A stretch of DNA of 64,000 nucleotides, taken from NCBI RefSeq assembly GCF_044704955.1, contig NC_091996.1:86366001-86430000 (forward strand), in the 5' to 3' direction. The notes beneath the pieces are model-generated. The model was not told the origin of the DNA and ran no database searches. It was given only the letters and a program-made list of their open reading frames with translations. The translations under genes and the position numbers were made by a program. Shown piece after piece: positions 61,489 to 64,000 of this stretch. Origin of the DNA: Pristiophorus japonicus (Eukaryota). Position 1 is the first letter of the stretch. Each line of letters opens with the position of its first letter.

Positions 61489-61939
61489 TCGAGAGAAAGA
61501 AAAACTGAAGGGATTCTTTGCATGTTTCCAACGCCAAGGGCAGTTCCCCCACTCCCAGTCAGAGGTGGACTCAGTTACACAGCAAACAAAAAATACTAGG
61601 GAGGCAAGAAAGAAAGACTTGCATTTATATAGCGCCTTTCATGACCACCGGACATCTCAAAGTGCTTTACAGCCAATGAAGTACTTTTGGAGTGCAGTCA
61701 CTGTTGTAATGTGGGAAACGCGACAGCCAATTTGTGCAAAGCAAGCTCCCACAAACAGCAATGTGATAATGACCCAGATCATCTGTTTTAGTGATGTTGA
61801 TTGAGGGATAAATATTGGCCCCAGGACACCGGGGAGAACTCCCCCTGCTCTTCTGCAAAATAGTGGCCATGGGATCTTTTACATCCACCTGAGAGAGCAG
61901 ACGGGGCCTCGGTTTAACGTCTCATCTGAAAGATGGCAC

Positions 61940-62662
61940 CTCCGACAGTGCGGCACTCCCTCAGCACTGCGCCTCTGACAGTGCGGCGCTCCCTCAGTAC
62001 TGCCCCTCCGACAGTGCGGCGCTCCCTCAGTACTGCCCCTCCGACAGTGCGGCGCTCCCTCAGTACTGCCCCTCCGACAGTGCGGCGCTCCCTCAGTACT
62101 GCCCCTCCGACAGTGCGGCACTCCCTCAGTACTACCCCTCCGACAGTGCGGCGCTCCCTCAGCACCACCCCTCCGACAGTGCGGCGCTCCCTCAGTACTG
62201 CCCCTCCGACAGTGCGGCGCTCCCTCAGTACTGCCCCTCCGACAGTGCGGCGCTCCCTCAGCACTGCCCCTCCGACAGTGCGGCACTCCCTCAGCACTGC
62301 CCCTCCGACAGTGCGGCGCTCCCTCAGCACTGCCCCTCCGACAGTGCGGCGCTCCCTCAGTACTGCCCCTCCGACAGTGCGGCGCTCCCTCAGCACTGCC
62401 CCTCCGACAGTGCAGCGCTCCCTCAGTACTGCCCCTCCGACAGTGCGGCGCTCCCTCAGCACTGCCCCTCCGACAGTGCGGCGCTCCCTCAGCACTGCCC
62501 CTCCGACATTGCGGCGCTCCCTCAGTACTGCCCCTCCGACAGTGCGGCGCTCCCTCAGCACTGCCCCTCCGACAGTGCGGCACTCCCTCAGCACTGCCCC
62601 TCCGACAGTGCGGCGCTCCCTCAGTACTGCCCCTCCGACAGTGCGGCGCTCCCTCAGTACTG
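61940..62662 (-). repeat. 33-bp SINE-internal minisatellite (about 22 units)
   Basis: Within SINE 61610-62680. Confidence 0.95.
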
Positions 62663-62998
62663 CACTGGGAGTGTCGGCCTCCACAGAGAATAACTGAACA
62701 ACAGATCCATTGCCGATGAGTGGACAAGTTTTGAAGTTTAATCAGGGTCACATCTCCAGCAGTCAGAACAGTAATTAATCATTTTTTCTAAACGTTCAGT
62801 CTCTGGTTTTATGTTAAGCAATGTTCAGCTGCACTTAACAAACTGGACACTACGAGTTGAAGCTGTGGAGGTTCGGGGGCAGGTCTCTGATGCTCTTGTC
62901 CAGGGGTTTAAACAAATCTGGAGGGGGCTGAAATTGCCCGTGCTGGATTAGCACATCATTCGAATTAGTGCGTCGATTTGTGCCGGCGCTGGAACCAA

Positions 62999-63728
62999 CA
63001 GCCGTGGCTCAGTGGGCAGCACTCTCGCCTCTGAGTCAGAAGGTTGTGGGTTCGAGTCCCACTCCAGGGACTTGAGCACAAAAATCCAGGCTGACACTCC
63101 CAGTGCAGTACTGAGGGAGCGCCGCACTGTCGGAGGGGCAGTGCTGAGGGAGCGCCGCACTGTCGGAGGGGCAGTGCTGAGGGAGCGCCGCACTGTCGGA
63201 GGGGCAGTGCTGAGGGAGCGCCGCACTGTCGGAGGGGCAGTGCTGAGGGAGCGCCGCACTGTCGGAGGGGCAGTGCTGAGGGAGCGCCGCACTGTCGGAG
63301 GGGCAGTGCTGAGGGAGCGCCGCACTGTCGGAGGGGCAGTACTGAGGGAGCCCCGCACTGTCGGAGGGGCAGTACTGAGGGAGCCCCGCACTGTCGGAGG
63401 TGCCGTCTTTCGGATGAGACGTTAAACCAAGGCCCCGTCTGCTCTCTCAGATGGATGTAAAAGATCCCACGGCCACTATTTCGCAGAAGAGCAGGGGAGT
63501 TCTCCCCGGTGTCCTGGGGCCAATATTTATCCCTCAATCAACATAACAAAAAAACAGATTATCTGGGTTATTATCACATTGTTGTGTGTGGGAGCTTGCT
63601 GTGTGCAAATTAGCTGCAGCATTTCCCACATTACAACAGTGACTACACTCCAAAAGTACTTCATTGGCTGTAAAGCGTTTTGAGACGGCCGGTGGTCGTG
63701 AACGACGCTATATAAATCCAAGTCTTTC
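62999..63728 (+). mobile_element. Full-length Deu-type SINE with 9 internal 33-bp units (63106-63402)
   Basis: Intact A box TGGCTCAGTGG, B box GGTTCGAGTCC, body and tail. Confidence 0.9.
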
Positions 63729-64000
63729 TATTGGCGCTCCTGGGGGCGCCCGCGTGGTGCTGATGACATCACTGACGTGCTGCATCACGGCGCGAGAGCG
63801 TGGCAACGTACCCTCCCCCTTCTCTTAAAGGGGTAGGCCGCTGCGATCTGAGCAGCACCTTCAGTGCCGACCGCTTGGGCCGCCATTGTTGGGCCTGCTG
63901 AAAGATCGGCCGACACGAGAAAAGATGGCGGCCGCGATGATGATGGAGAACCACGTGCAGCTCCTCACGCCGGGAAGTAGTCGGTGGCATCGCCCTGCAC

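Noticed and set aside
63000-63065. tRNA-like sequence with A and B boxes
   Set aside because: It is the head of a multicopy SINE and continues into the SINE body; not a tRNA gene.
63730-64000. CpG-rich stretch as an upstream PTX3-like exon or promoter
   Set aside because: No PTX3 N-terminal similarity. It is truncated by the window edge and may be a repeat beginning near 62925 that the SINE interrupts; unresolved.

Overview
Vertebrate nuclear DNA, most likely from a cartilaginous fish (shark). This is inferred from the repeat content: dense CR1 and L2 LINEs, a tRNA-headed Deu-type SINE, and RTE and Tx1 fragments. Most of the window is transposon-derived and nearly all ORFs in the track are repeat artefacts. 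I assembled four host genes by hand from GT-AG exons with consistent phases. They are the first three coding exons of CHD3 (minus, continuing off the left edge), complete CYB5D1 (minus, 4 exons, about 222 aa), complete NAA38/LSMD1 (plus, 3 exons, about 122 aa, head-to-head with CYB5D1), and the terminal pentraxin-domain exon of a divergent PTX3-like gene (minus). CHD3-CYB5D1-NAA38 matches the human 17p13.1 arrangement as I recall it, but the PTX3-like gene is unexpected here and may be a PTX3 ohnolog. Other notable structure includes a SINE and its apparent partner L2 LINE that each repeatedly seed minisatellites at one fixed internal site (33-bp and 56-bp units), a bipartite non-autonomous RTE derivative, stacked Tx1 3' ends, Penelope-type hammerhead-like motifs, a solo LTR, and motif-rich tandem arrays around the CHD3 promoter. 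Family names and protein comparisons are from memory, with no searches run, and repeat boundaries are approximate.
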